The position numbers and the translations under genes were made by a program. Positions 19,579-28,516 of a stretch of 60,048 bases of DNA are shown here, in pieces; position 1 is the stretch's first letter, and the number at the start of each line of letters is the position of its first letter. The DNA comes from Candidatus Omnitrophota bacterium (GTDB lineage Bacteria > Omnitrophota > Gorgyraeia > Zapsychrales > Fredricksoniimonadaceae): NCBI GenBank assembly GCA_043742785.1, contig JAYTXU010000019.1, positions 1 to 60,048 of the forward strand. The letters are read 5' to 3'. The notes under the pieces are model-generated. The model was not told the origin of the DNA, did no database searches, and saw only the letters and a program-made list of their open reading frames with translations.

Positions 19579-20505
19579 TTATTTAATTTTTAACCCGTAA
19601 GCTGTTAATGCTGCTCTTAATTTAGTAAGATTATCCTCTTCCATCTCACACATCGGAAGCCGCATGGCTAAGGAACACAAACCCATCAACGATGCTGCTG
19701 TCTTAACAGGAATAGGATTAGTTTCAATAAATAAAGCATCAATCAACGGAAGAAGTTTCTTATTGATCGCAGCTGCGGTTTGCTTGTCTCCCTTATTAAA
19801 AGCATTCACTAAACCTGAAACGTCCTTTGGCACAATGTTAGAAGTAACAGAAATGATGCCTACTCCACCCATGGTCATAATAGGTAAGGTCAAGGCATCG
19901 TCTCCTGAAATCAATAAAAAATCTTTTGGACACAGTTCACGAATTTTTTTCATCTGCTCTAAATTACCTGAAGCTTCTTTAACACCAATAATATTCTTAA
20001 TACCAGCCAATTTGGCCATCAAATCTGGTTCAATATTCTTTCCCGTGCGTCCGGCGATATTATAAAGAATAATAGGAATATCAGCAGACTCTGAAATAGC
20101 CTTGTAGTGAAGATAAATACCTTTATTGGTCGGCTTATTATAGTAAGGAGTCACAACCAGCACCGCATCTGCTCCCACCTTAGCTGCATACTTAGCCATG
20201 TGGACTGCTTCTGACGTAGAATTAGAACCGGCACCTGCAATCACAGGCACTCTTTTGGCCACTGTCTCAACGCAAATTTTAATAACATGCTCATGTTCCT
20301 TCTCAGAAAGAGTCGGTGATTCACCGGTTGTTCCACAAGGGACAACCCCATGAATACCTTGAGCAATTTGCCACTCGATCAATTTCTTATAAGCAGCCTC
20401 ATCAATAACACTATCTGTTCCGCCAGAGGCGGATCCGCCACGATTTGTGGCGGAAAAAGGTGTGACCAATGCTGTGAAAGCGCCATAAAATTTCGTTCTA
20501 TCCAT
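19579..20505 (-). CDS. dapA: 4-hydroxy-tetrahydrodipicolinate synthase, carrying a 12-aa palindrome-derived insertion
   Basis: 'GTTGESPTL', 'PYYNKP', 'YNIAGRTG', 'GVKEA', 'SGDD', 'NPIPVK'. Confidence 0.98.
   Translation of the reverse strand: MDRTKFYGAFTALVTPFSATNRGGSASGGTDSVIDEAAYKKLIEWQIAQGIHGVVPCGTTGESPTLSEKEHEHVIKICVETVAKRVPVIAGAGSNSTSEAVHMAKYAAKVGADAVLVVTPYYNKPTNKGIYLHYKAISESADIPIILYNIAGRTGKNIEPDLMAKLAGIKNIIGVKEASGNLEQMKKIRELCPKDFLLISGDDALTLPIMTMGGVGIISVTSNIVPKDVSGLVNAFNKGDKQTAAAINKKLLPLIDALFIETNPIPVKTAASLMGLCSLAMRLPMCEMEEDNLTKLRAALTAYGLKIK
20419..20454. repeat. In-frame 36-nt double hairpin inside dapA
   Basis: TCCGCC-AGA-GGCGGA plus TCCGCCAC-GATTT-GTGGCGGA; encodes SATNRGGSASGG. Confidence 0.85.
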
Positions 20506-21349
20506 GGTAATAATAATCTCCTTTAGCGATCACTTTCGCCGTACCTTTTAGCCATACATTGTCTATTTTTATTCCTTCATGTAAATCAAAAGTTACTTCC
20601 AAAACTTCCTTGCTCGCTGGTAAGACCTTCATCTGAGCGCCTTGCTGCTCCTTAACCGTTGGATGGGTATGTAAATAGGCAATCAAGGCTGCAGCTACCG
20701 ATCCTGTACCACAAGCTAAGGTCTCTGCTTCTACTCCTCGCTCATAGGTACGCACAGCCACCATGCTGTTGCCAGACTTGCCACCTTCAGGAGATGCAAT
20801 CTCAGCAAAGTTAACGTTTGTTCCTCGAGGAGAAAATCTTGGATGATTACGGATCAATCGACCTAAACTATTAACATCCACTTCTTGCAAACCTTCCACA
20901 AAAACAATGGTATGCGGAACGCCGGTATCAATGAAATCAATACGCATCTTTTGGCCAGCAATGGTAATATTCAACGCTGGCATGTAATCTTTGGGATCGG
21001 ATAAGCGTACACGCACTTCTTCTCCGTTAACCTCTGCCAATACTTCCCCTGCTAATGTTTCCATTCCAAAAAGCTTCTTTGTAGGCTTTGCATTAGCCAC
21101 AATATAGGCCGCCAAACAACGGGCACCATTACCACACATCTCTGCCTCAGAACCATCGGCATTGATAATGCGCATACGATAATCAGATGTTGTGGACTTC
21201 TCAGAAATCAAAACACCGTCTGCCCCAATGCCGGAATGCCTGTCACACACAGCTTGGGTAAACTTGATATAATCTAAATTGGGCTGCGGATCAATGATGA
21301 TGAAATCATTGCCTGCGCCGACCATTTTGACAAAAGGAATCTTTTGCAT
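20498..21349 (-). CDS. dapF: Diaminopimelate epimerase
   Basis: 'GNDF', 'GIGADG', 'EAEMCGNGARC', 'TGVPH', 'TNVNF', 'YERGVEAETLACGTG'. Confidence 0.97.
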   Translation of the reverse strand: MQKIPFVKMVGAGNDFIIIDPQPNLDYIKFTQAVCDRHSGIGADGVLISEKSTTSDYRMRIINADGSEAEMCGNGARCLAAYIVANAKPTKKLFGMETLAGEVLAEVNGEEVRVRLSDPKDYMPALNITIAGQKMRIDFIDTGVPHTIVFVEGLQEVDVNSLGRLIRNHPRFSPRGTNVNFAEIASPEGGKSGNSMVAVRTYERGVEAETLACGTGSVAAALIAYLHTHPTVKEQQGAQMKVLPASKEVLEVTFDLHEGIKIDNVWLKGTAKVIAKGDYYYHG

Positions 21350-21359
21350 AATATTCTCC

Positions 21360-21387
21360 GTACGAGCCGAGCATGCTCGGCCCCTAC
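21360..21387 (-). repeat. GTAG-tagged REP-like palindrome between lysA and dapF
   Basis: Minus strand GTAGGGGCCGAGCATGCTCGGCTCGTAC. Confidence 0.75.
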
Positions 21388-21388
21388 A

Positions 21389-22645
21389 TTATTTTATAAA
21401 TTTTGGAACCTTTTCCCCACGCATTAAATCTTTAAAAGACTCTCTTTCTTTCACAACTTCAAACTTGTTTCCACGAACCATCACTTCCGGCACACGGCCT
21501 CGAACATTATAATTGCTAGCCATCACATATCCATAGGCGCCAGCACTCATAATTGCTAATAGATCTTCTTGGCCCACCTTAGGTAGAAGACGATCATGCG
21601 CAAAAAAATCTCCGCTTTCGCAAATAGGACCTACCACATCAACCTTGATTTTAACTGCCTTGGTTGCCTTGACTGGCACAATTTCGTGATAGGCATCGTA
21701 TAACATCGGACGGATCAAATCATTCATCCCGCCATCCACAATGACAAATTTCTTAACACCGTTATCTTTCACATAAAGAACCTTGGTCACAAAAATTCCT
21801 GCATTGCCGACGATAAAACGGCCTGGTTCCATAATGATCTTTAAACCTGTCTTCTCTAAGATAGGCAATACTTTATCCGCATAGCTTTGTGCAGTTTGAG
21901 GATTCTCATCCTTATAAATAATGCCTAAGCCGCCTCCAATATCAAGATATTCAATCTTCACACCTTCGGTACGCAATTCATCAATAAACGCTACCACCTT
22001 CTTTAATGCTCCAACAAATGGCGCACCTTCAGTAATTTGAGAACCAATATGAATATGCACCCCATTCACATTTACATTAGGATATTTCTTTTGAGACTTA
22101 AAAATCTGCTTGGTTGTTCTTAGATCAATCCCAAACTTCTTCTTCAGGGAACCCGTATGAATATAATTATGCGTTGGTGCGGGTACATCCGGATTAATAC
22201 GTAACGCTGCCTGAACCTGTCTTTTCATCTTCTTAGCAATACGATTGATCTCAACTAATTCCGGTTCGCTTTCCACATTAAAAAGTAGAATCCCTGTCTT
22301 GATAGCAAAAGAAATTTCTTCATCAGTCTTACCAACAGACGCAAAGACAATTTTCTTTGGGTTCGCTCCAGCAATCAAAGCTTTCTTTAACTCACCAACT
22401 GAAACAACATCGATTCCTGCGCCTAAATCGATAAGACTTTTAACAATAGCTAAATTACCATTGGCCTTCATGGCAAAACAAATCATCGGATTAACCTTAG
22501 CAAAAGCTTTCTGTAGCTTTAAGAAATGATCGGTCAACGTCTTATAGCTATAAAGATAAAATGGTGTGCCGACATCCTTCGCAACCGCTGATATCTTTAC
22601 ATTCTCACAATAAAGCTCTTTATTTTGAAAATGAAAATCATGCAT
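21389..22645 (-). CDS. lysA: Diaminopimelate decarboxylase
   Basis: 'FAMKAN', 'H..IGSQ', 'LDIGGG', 'EPGRFIV', 'VVGPICESGD', 'GAYG..MASNYN'. Confidence 0.98.
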   Translation of the reverse strand: MHDFHFQNKELYCENVKISAVAKDVGTPFYLYSYKTLTDHFLKLQKAFAKVNPMICFAMKANGNLAIVKSLIDLGAGIDVVSVGELKKALIAGANPKKIVFASVGKTDEEISFAIKTGILLFNVESEPELVEINRIAKKMKRQVQAALRINPDVPAPTHNYIHTGSLKKKFGIDLRTTKQIFKSQKKYPNVNVNGVHIHIGSQITEGAPFVGALKKVVAFIDELRTEGVKIEYLDIGGGLGIIYKDENPQTAQSYADKVLPILEKTGLKIIMEPGRFIVGNAGIFVTKVLYVKDNGVKKFVIVDGGMNDLIRPMLYDAYHEIVPVKATKAVKIKVDVVGPICESGDFFAHDRLLPKVGQEDLLAIMSAGAYGYVMASNYNVRGRVPEVMVRGNKFEVVKERESFKDLMRGEKVPKFIK

Positions 22646-24014
22646 CTAATTTCTTGCTCCAAATTTTTAATTGTTCCTTCACTAAATCCGGATTCGTTGA
22701 CCCGTAAGAAGTTTTAATTTTAACAGACGTTTGCGGATTGAAAAGTTTTTTTACATCATCATTAAACAACGAATGAAACCCTTTCAATTGCGTTTGCGTT
22801 AAAGAAACAATACTAATCCCTTGATCCAAACACTCTTTAACCATTTTCCCTAATACATCATGAGCATCCCGATAAGAAACACCCTTCTTCACTAAATAAT
22901 CCATAGCATCGACACAGAAGAAACTCTCATCCTTAATATGTCGAGCAATCTCTTCTTTTTTAACCTTCAAACCTAAAAATAGTTTGGTTAAAAGATCCAA
23001 CATCAATTGAGTTGTTTCAACCGTATCAAATAACGGTGGCTTATCTAATTGCAAATCGCGATTATAGGTCAACGGCAGGCCTTTGAGTAAAACCAAAACC
23101 TCAGTCAGGTGACCATAAATCTTTCCAGTGCTGCCTCGCATCAATTCTAAGACATCAGGATTCTTCTTGTGCGGCATAATCGATGAGCCGGTACAAAAGC
23201 TGGAATCAATATCTACAAAATTAAATTCCTTAGTCGCCCATAAAATCAAATCTTCAGATATGCGAGACAAATGCATCGCAATCATTGAACAATCAGAAAT
23301 TAACTCAACCACAAAATCCCTGTCGCTTACCGCATCCATACTGTTGGCTGCCACCTGTGCAAACCCTAAAAGCTTGGCGGTATAGTGACGATCCGTTTTC
23401 AATGAAGTCCCTGCTAAAGCACAAGAACCTAAGGGCATCACGTTGCTACGATTAAAACAATCTTCTAAACGGCCTTTATCCCGCTCTAACATTTCCACAT
23501 AGGCCAACATATGATGAGCCAACAAAACGACCTGCGCCTGCTGCAAATGAGTATAACCAGGAATGATCACATCGCTATTCTGCTTGGCAAAAAACAAGAT
23601 AGATTTTTGTAAGTTTTCAACAGCAACAGCTAGGTGCAAAATATAATCTAATGCATATAACTTAACATCTAATACAACTTGATCATTACGAGAACGAGCC
23701 GTATGCAATTTATCAGCAGGCTTGCCAATCGCCGCTTTTAATTTATTTTGAATATCCGTATGAATATCTTCAGCTTTAGAATCATGCTTGAAACTACCGG
23801 ATTCGATCTGCGCTAAAACTTTCTTCAATCCTGCCACGATCTTGGCGGAGTCACTCTTGAGGATAATCCCCTGCTTGCCTAACATCTGGGCATGGGCAAT
23901 CGAGCCTATGACATCATATTTAGCCAAACGATAATCATAGCTAATGCTGAAGGTAAACTGATCAGCCAACGGATGAGACTTCTTATCGAATCGTGTTCCC
24001 CAGAGTTTTGACAT
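22638..24014 (-). CDS. argH: Argininosuccinate lyase
   Basis: 'EDIH', 'LHTARSRNDQV', 'PGYTHLQQAQ', 'TGSSIMPHKKNPD', 'YNRDLQ'. Confidence 0.98.
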   Translation of the reverse strand: MSKLWGTRFDKKSHPLADQFTFSISYDYRLAKYDVIGSIAHAQMLGKQGIILKSDSAKIVAGLKKVLAQIESGSFKHDSKAEDIHTDIQNKLKAAIGKPADKLHTARSRNDQVVLDVKLYALDYILHLAVAVENLQKSILFFAKQNSDVIIPGYTHLQQAQVVLLAHHMLAYVEMLERDKGRLEDCFNRSNVMPLGSCALAGTSLKTDRHYTAKLLGFAQVAANSMDAVSDRDFVVELISDCSMIAMHLSRISEDLILWATKEFNFVDIDSSFCTGSSIMPHKKNPDVLELMRGSTGKIYGHLTEVLVLLKGLPLTYNRDLQLDKPPLFDTVETTQLMLDLLTKLFLGLKVKKEEIARHIKDESFFCVDAMDYLVKKGVSYRDAHDVLGKMVKECLDQGISIVSLTQTQLKGFHSLFNDDVKKLFNPQTSVKIKTSYGSTNPDLVKEQLKIWSKKLDA

Positions 24015-24017
24015 AAT

Positions 24018-24380
24018 TTATCCTTTATTCAAATAAAAATAAGATAAAGAGTTAATCACAATCACAGCAACAAGAATAAACATAGAAAACATCACTTGAA
24101 CAGATAAGAAATTCTGATCTTTAAATCTATGAATAAATTTCTTAGCAGAAAACCATCCCCCTACAAGAGGTATAAATATATATTCTATCGACCAAATAAA
24201 ATACGAAATAAAAGATTTTACTAATAAGTAACATGAATACTCATTAGTCATTTCAAAACTGGAATAATATCGATCTGAATGATCCGTTAACATCCACATT
24301 AAATAAACAAATAACCAAATAAAATAAGAAACAATTACATACTTCTTAAGAATATTCCCAATATCGGATTTCGAACCCAT
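24018..24380 (-). CDS. AT-rich orphan membrane protein (about 3 TM)
   Basis: Three hydrophobic stretches; no recognised motif. Confidence 0.5.
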   Translation of the reverse strand: MGSKSDIGNILKKYVIVSYFIWLFVYLMWMLTDHSDRYYSSFEMTNEYSCYLLVKSFISYFIWSIEYIFIPLVGGWFSAKKFIHRFKDQNFLSVQVMFSMFILVAVIVINSLSYFYLNKG

Positions 24381-24479
24381 TGATTTCCATAAAATTCATA
24401 CAAAAAACATGGGCATTATAAAAATAACAAGAAATGTTACAGTAGTCTTAATTGGATGCATTAACTACGCCTTAAAAGT

Positions 24480-24507
24480 TTAATACCGCATTCCCAAAAT
24501 ACGAATA
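24480..24507 (-). repeat. Diverged duplicate of the argG 3' end
   Basis: 26/28 identical to 25071-25098; reads IRILGMRY* versus IRIWGMPY* in argG. Confidence 0.9.
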
Positions 24508-24509
24508 GC

Positions 24510-24758
24510 CTACGCTGCCTGCAATACGGAAAACCTAGCTTTAAGCGGTATTCTTTGCGCTTTGGAATTCGTAAAATGCTCTGTAAAATCCACAATAGTA
24601 AAACCAAGCACTTCTTTTGTCTTTAGGTCTCGGCGGACAATCACTCCATCATCCATCAGTTCCCCAATAGTTTCTCGAGGTTTGCCTTCCGTAATATAAA
24701 GAACGTCTGCTTCCTTATCATACGAAACGGTTAACTGATCAATTTTTTGTTTAGCCAT
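24510..24758 (-). CDS. DUF2283 family protein (putative antitoxin)
   Basis: 'SYDKEADVLYI', 'DGVIVRRD...EVLGFTI'. Confidence 0.85.
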   Translation of the reverse strand: MAKQKIDQLTVSYDKEADVLYITEGKPRETIGELMDDGVIVRRDLKTKEVLGFTIVDFTEHFTNSKAQRIPLKARFSVLQAA

Positions 24759-25045
24759 ATTATCTTACCTCCTCTGACCGAGTCACTAATAAAAGCTGTC
24801 TTAATACGGTTATCTCTTAAAGAAACAACAACGACCTTATATAAGTTATTTCTAAGATCTTTATGATAAATCCATCGATCATGCTTAGATTTGTCCTCTA
24901 CAATCGCAAACGGATCTAAAAGAGTGTCTTTGATGAAATCAACCGGATCTTTAATACAGTGCTCACGCCGGATATGCTCATACCCTGTTGGAGATAACAC
25001 AAACGAACGGCCATCTTTATCTTTGAATTGTATAGATTTAGTCAT
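24731..25045 (-). CDS. Small putative RelE/BECR-fold nuclease toxin paired with DUF2283
   Basis: 'YEHIRREH', 'DTLLDPFAI', 'VVVV...RIKTAF'; overlaps the DUF2283 start. Confidence 0.5.
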   Translation of the reverse strand: MTKSIQFKDKDGRSFVLSPTGYEHIRREHCIKDPVDFIKDTLLDPFAIVEDKSKHDRWIYHKDLRNNLYKVVVVSLRDNRIKTAFISDSVRGGKIIWLNKKLIS

Positions 25046-25070
25046 AACTACAAATCTTATTCACTCTCAG

Positions 25071-26234
25071 TTAATACGGCATTCCCCAAATACGAATAAA
25101 TCCTTCAGATAATCTTGGATCAAAAATATCTTTAGCGCCATAGGTGGCTAACTCTTCCTTGTAACGAGAAAAAGGAGATTTGCGGCCAACGACACTACAA
25201 CTTCCCTTAAATAATTTCATACGGACAACACCGCTAACACGTTTCTGTGTTTCATTAACAAATGCGTCAAGTTGTTGCTTTAAAGGCGTTTCCCATAACC
25301 CGTAATAAGTTAATTCCGCATATCGAGGTGAAATCAATTCCTTATAATGCAATGTCTCACGATCTAAAACCATTGCTTCTAATTCTTTGTGCGAAGTTAT
25401 CAAAATCGTCCCGGCTGGGTTTTCATATATTTCACGAGATTTAATACCCACCAATCGATTCTCCACCATATCCACACGGCCAACACCATTGCGTCCGCCT
25501 AATTCATTAAGTTTCTGAATCAATTCAACAGGTTTATACGTCTTACCATTAACCTTAACTGGGATACCTTTGGAATATTCAATCTCCACATACTCAGGCT
25601 TATTGGGACATTCTAAAGGATTCTTGGTCATCAAATAAATTTCTTCTGGTGGCTCAACCCAAGGGTCTTCCAAGATACCGCATTCAATGGAACGACCATA
25701 AAGATTAATATCCGTCGAATATGGACTCTTCTTTGTAACGTCGATTGGGATCTTATGCTTTTTGGCATAATCAATTTCCTGATCCCTAGTTTTAAATTCC
25801 CAAGTACGAAGTGGCGCTTGTAGTTCTAAATGTGGAGCTAAAATCTTAGCTGTTACTTCAAAACGGACCTGATCATTCCCCTTCCCCGTACAACCATGAG
25901 AAATTACATCCGCTTTTTCTTTTTTCGCCACGGCAACCTGATGCTTGGCAATTAAAGGACGTGATAAAGCCGTCGCTAAGAAATACTTGCCTTCATAAAC
26001 GGCATTAGCTTTAATAGCTGGAAAAACATAATCTTTTACAAACTCTTCCTTCAGATCCAAAATATAGACCTTCGATGCTCCCGTTGCTAATGCACGCTTT
26101 TCAATAATTTTAAAATCACTACCTTGGCCAACATCCGCCATAAAAGCAATCACTTCATACCCCTTATCCTTGTACCAACGGATTAAACAGCTCGTATCTA
26201 ATCCTCCCGAATATGCTAAAACGACCTTTTTCAT
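25071..26234 (-). CDS. argG: Argininosuccinate synthase
   Basis: 'VVLAYSGGLDTS', 'ALSRPLI', 'HGCTGKGNDQVRF', 'ENRLVGIKSREIYE'; true start ATG 26234 with GGAGG SD. Confidence 0.98.
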   Translation of the reverse strand: MKKVVLAYSGGLDTSCLIRWYKDKGYEVIAFMADVGQGSDFKIIEKRALATGASKVYILDLKEEFVKDYVFPAIKANAVYEGKYFLATALSRPLIAKHQVAVAKKEKADVISHGCTGKGNDQVRFEVTAKILAPHLELQAPLRTWEFKTRDQEIDYAKKHKIPIDVTKKSPYSTDINLYGRSIECGILEDPWVEPPEEIYLMTKNPLECPNKPEYVEIEYSKGIPVKVNGKTYKPVELIQKLNELGGRNGVGRVDMVENRLVGIKSREIYENPAGTILITSHKELEAMVLDRETLHYKELISPRYAELTYYGLWETPLKQQLDAFVNETQKRVSGVVRMKLFKGSCSVVGRKSPFSRYKEELATYGAKDIFDPRLSEGFIRIWGMPY

Positions 26235-26246
26235 TGATTCCTCCAT

Positions 26247-26299
26247 GTACGGGCAGGCCCCTGTGCCTGCCCTAGGCGGCCACAGGGGGCCGCCCCTAC
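26247..26299 (-). repeat. GTAG-tagged REP doublet between argF and argG
   Basis: GTAGGGGCGGCCCCCTGTGGCCGCC-TA-GGGCAGGCACAGGGGCCTGCCCGTAC; the TAG within GTAG is the argF stop. Confidence 0.85.
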
Positions 26300-27216
26300 G
26301 ATAATAAATATAACAACACGGCTTTTTGCGCATGCAGACGATTCTCTGCCTGATCAAATATAATCGAATGCTTCCCGTCAATAACATCTTCGGTGACTTC
26401 CAATCCTCGATGCGCTGGCAGGCAATGCATGAATTTATAGTTCTTATCAGCTAATTTTGTTAAGCTCGAATTAATCTGATAACCTTCAAATTCTTTAATA
26501 CGCTTCTTACTCTCTTCTTCCTGCCCCATACTCACCCAGACGTCAGCATAGATCACATGCGCGCCTTTAACTGCACTCTTTGGATCACGGCCTACCTCAA
26601 TTGTGACCTTATTAGCTTTGGCAACCGCTTGAGCTTCTTTAAAAATAGCAGGATTAGGATCATATCCTTTGGGTCCAGCAAAACGCACATTCATACCTAC
26701 CTTCACACAAGCCACCATCAGCGAATGAAAAACATTATTACCATCACCAACATACGCAACCGTCAATCCCTTAAATTTACCAAAATGTTCACGAATCGTT
26801 TGAATATCAGCCAGAGCCTGACAAGGATGATACAAATCACAAAGAGCATTAATCACCGGCACGTCCGCATGCTTGGCTAACTCGACCAAATCCTTATTAT
26901 CAAAAACACGGGCAACGATGCAATGCACGTAACGTGACAATGTCTTAGCCACATCATGGGTACTTTCACGCTCGCCTAAACTAATTTCACGAGGGCCAAG
27001 ATAAAGACTGTGCCCTCCCAATTGATGCACACCAACGGAGAAAGAAACACGAGTCCGATTAGAAGGTTTTTGAAATAATAATGCCACCGACTTACCTTTT
27101 AAATCAGCTCGAATCTTTCCTTTTTGTTTTTTAAGTTTATCCGCTGAATCCATCAAAGCTAAAATTTCAGCGTTAGAATAATCTAATAATCGAATTAAAT
27201 CTCGTTTCATATTCAT
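26296..27216 (-). CDS. argF: Ornithine carbamoyltransferase
   Basis: 'KPSNRTRVSF', 'HPCQALAD', 'YVGDGNNV', 'DVWVSMG', 'HCLPAHRG', 'QAENR'; start at ATG 27216 or 27210. Confidence 0.97.
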   Translation of the reverse strand: MNMKRDLIRLLDYSNAEILALMDSADKLKKQKGKIRADLKGKSVALLFQKPSNRTRVSFSVGVHQLGGHSLYLGPREISLGERESTHDVAKTLSRYVHCIVARVFDNKDLVELAKHADVPVINALCDLYHPCQALADIQTIREHFGKFKGLTVAYVGDGNNVFHSLMVACVKVGMNVRFAGPKGYDPNPAIFKEAQAVAKANKVTIEVGRDPKSAVKGAHVIYADVWVSMGQEEESKKRIKEFEGYQINSSLTKLADKNYKFMHCLPAHRGLEVTEDVIDGKHSIIFDQAENRLHAQKAVLLYLLS

Positions 27217-27218
27217 TT

Positions 27219-27312
27219 TGTCATGCCCGTGAAAACGGGCATCCATAACAGAATTAATTCTGCTTTAGATTCCCGCCCTGCCTACCGGCAGGCAGGTTTC
27301 GCGGGAATGACA
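27219..27312. repeat. TGTCA palindromic dimer with a nested CCTGCC...GGCAGG element
   Basis: Left unit 27219-27245; right unit 27266-27312 interrupted at 27277-27296 by CCTGCCTACCGGCAGGCAGG. Confidence 0.85.
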
Positions 27313-28502
27313 TTCTCCTTGTTATAAATTTTTTTAAACGCTTTATCTAAAATAAAAATAGCCTTATTAATTTGTCGACGGTTCACATTTAAAGCCGGCA
27401 TAATACGAAGCACATTGCCCTGCGTGCAATTGATAATCAAACCATGTTCAAAACATTCCTTAAAAATATCAGTTCCTTCCACCGTCAACTCAACCCCAAT
27501 CATAAGCCCAAGACCACGCACTTCTTTAATGATAGGATATTTATTTTTTAACTCGTTAAGTTTTTCAATTAAATAAGGCCCCAAAGACTTCACATTAGAT
27601 AAAATCTTATCACTATAAATCGCTTTAATAACACCAATCGCTGCCTTACAAACCAAAGGACTTCCGGCAAAAGTTGAACCATGCATCCCGGGTTTTAATA
27701 CATCCGCCATTTCTTTCTTAACAATCATAGCCCCAATAGGCAATCCACCACCTAAAGCTTTAGCTAAACACATAATATCAGGCGTTATCCCATAATGTTT
27801 ATAACAAAACATCTCGCCGGTTCGCGCCATACCCGTCTGGACTTCATCGATGATGAGAAGAATCTTCTTCTGATCACAAATCTTGCGAACTGCCTGCACG
27901 TATTCTTTAGAAGCTATATTAATTCCACCTTCGCCCTGAATCAGTTCAATCATGATGGCAACAGTCTTGTCACTCAGAACAGATTCGATTGCTTTAATAT
28001 CATTAAAAGGTACTGTTTTAAATCCAGGTAAAAGAGGCGCAAAACCTTGTTTGTGCTTAAGCTGTCCTGTGGCTGACAAAGCCCCCATGGTCCTTCCATG
28101 AAAGGAATTATCCGTCGTTATAATCTCAAAACGCGAGCCGTTCCCGTAAGCACGAGCAAACTTAATTGCTGCTTCATTGGCTTCAGTTCCGCTGTTGCAA
28201 AAAAATATTTTTCCAGGAAAAGAAATGCGGATCAATTCCTTAGCTAACTTGGCTTGAATAGGATTATACAAATTATTAGGCACATGAATAAGTTTGCTAA
28301 TTTGCTCACGTACAGCTCCCATTACCTTTGGATGACAATGACCAAGATTACTCACTCCCCAGCCAGGGAAAAAGTCTAAATATTTTTTACCGTGAATATC
28401 CGTCAAGAGGGAGCCCTTGCCCTTAACAAAAATCGCAGGCATACGCGTATAAGTCGCTAAAATATTTTCATTATATGAATTTAAGATATCTTCTTGTGTC
28501 AT
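27282..28502 (-). CDS. argD: Acetylornithine aminotransferase
   Basis: 'FFCNSGTEANEAA', 'FHGRT', 'DEVQTG', 'AKALGGG.P', 'HGSTFAG'; the C-terminal VIPAKPACR* is repeat-derived. Confidence 0.96.
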   Translation of the reverse strand: MTQEDILNSYNENILATYTRMPAIFVKGKGSLLTDIHGKKYLDFFPGWGVSNLGHCHPKVMGAVREQISKLIHVPNNLYNPIQAKLAKELIRISFPGKIFFCNSGTEANEAAIKFARAYGNGSRFEIITTDNSFHGRTMGALSATGQLKHKQGFAPLLPGFKTVPFNDIKAIESVLSDKTVAIMIELIQGEGGINIASKEYVQAVRKICDQKKILLIIDEVQTGMARTGEMFCYKHYGITPDIMCLAKALGGGLPIGAMIVKKEMADVLKPGMHGSTFAGSPLVCKAAIGVIKAIYSDKILSNVKSLGPYLIEKLNELKNKYPIIKEVRGLGLMIGVELTVEGTDIFKECFEHGLIINCTQGNVLRIMPALNVNRRQINKAIFILDKAFKKIYNKENVIPAKPACR

Positions 28503-28516
28503 AGTGTTTTCCAAAT

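Noticed and set aside
26235-26387. 51-aa N-terminal extension of ArgG in the ORF track
   Set aside because: It overlaps the argF 3' end and the REP doublet; the SD-supported start is ATG 26234
27217-27246. ArgF N-terminal MDARFHGHDK
   Set aside because: It is a translation of the TGTCA repeat; OTCase homology begins at MKRDL
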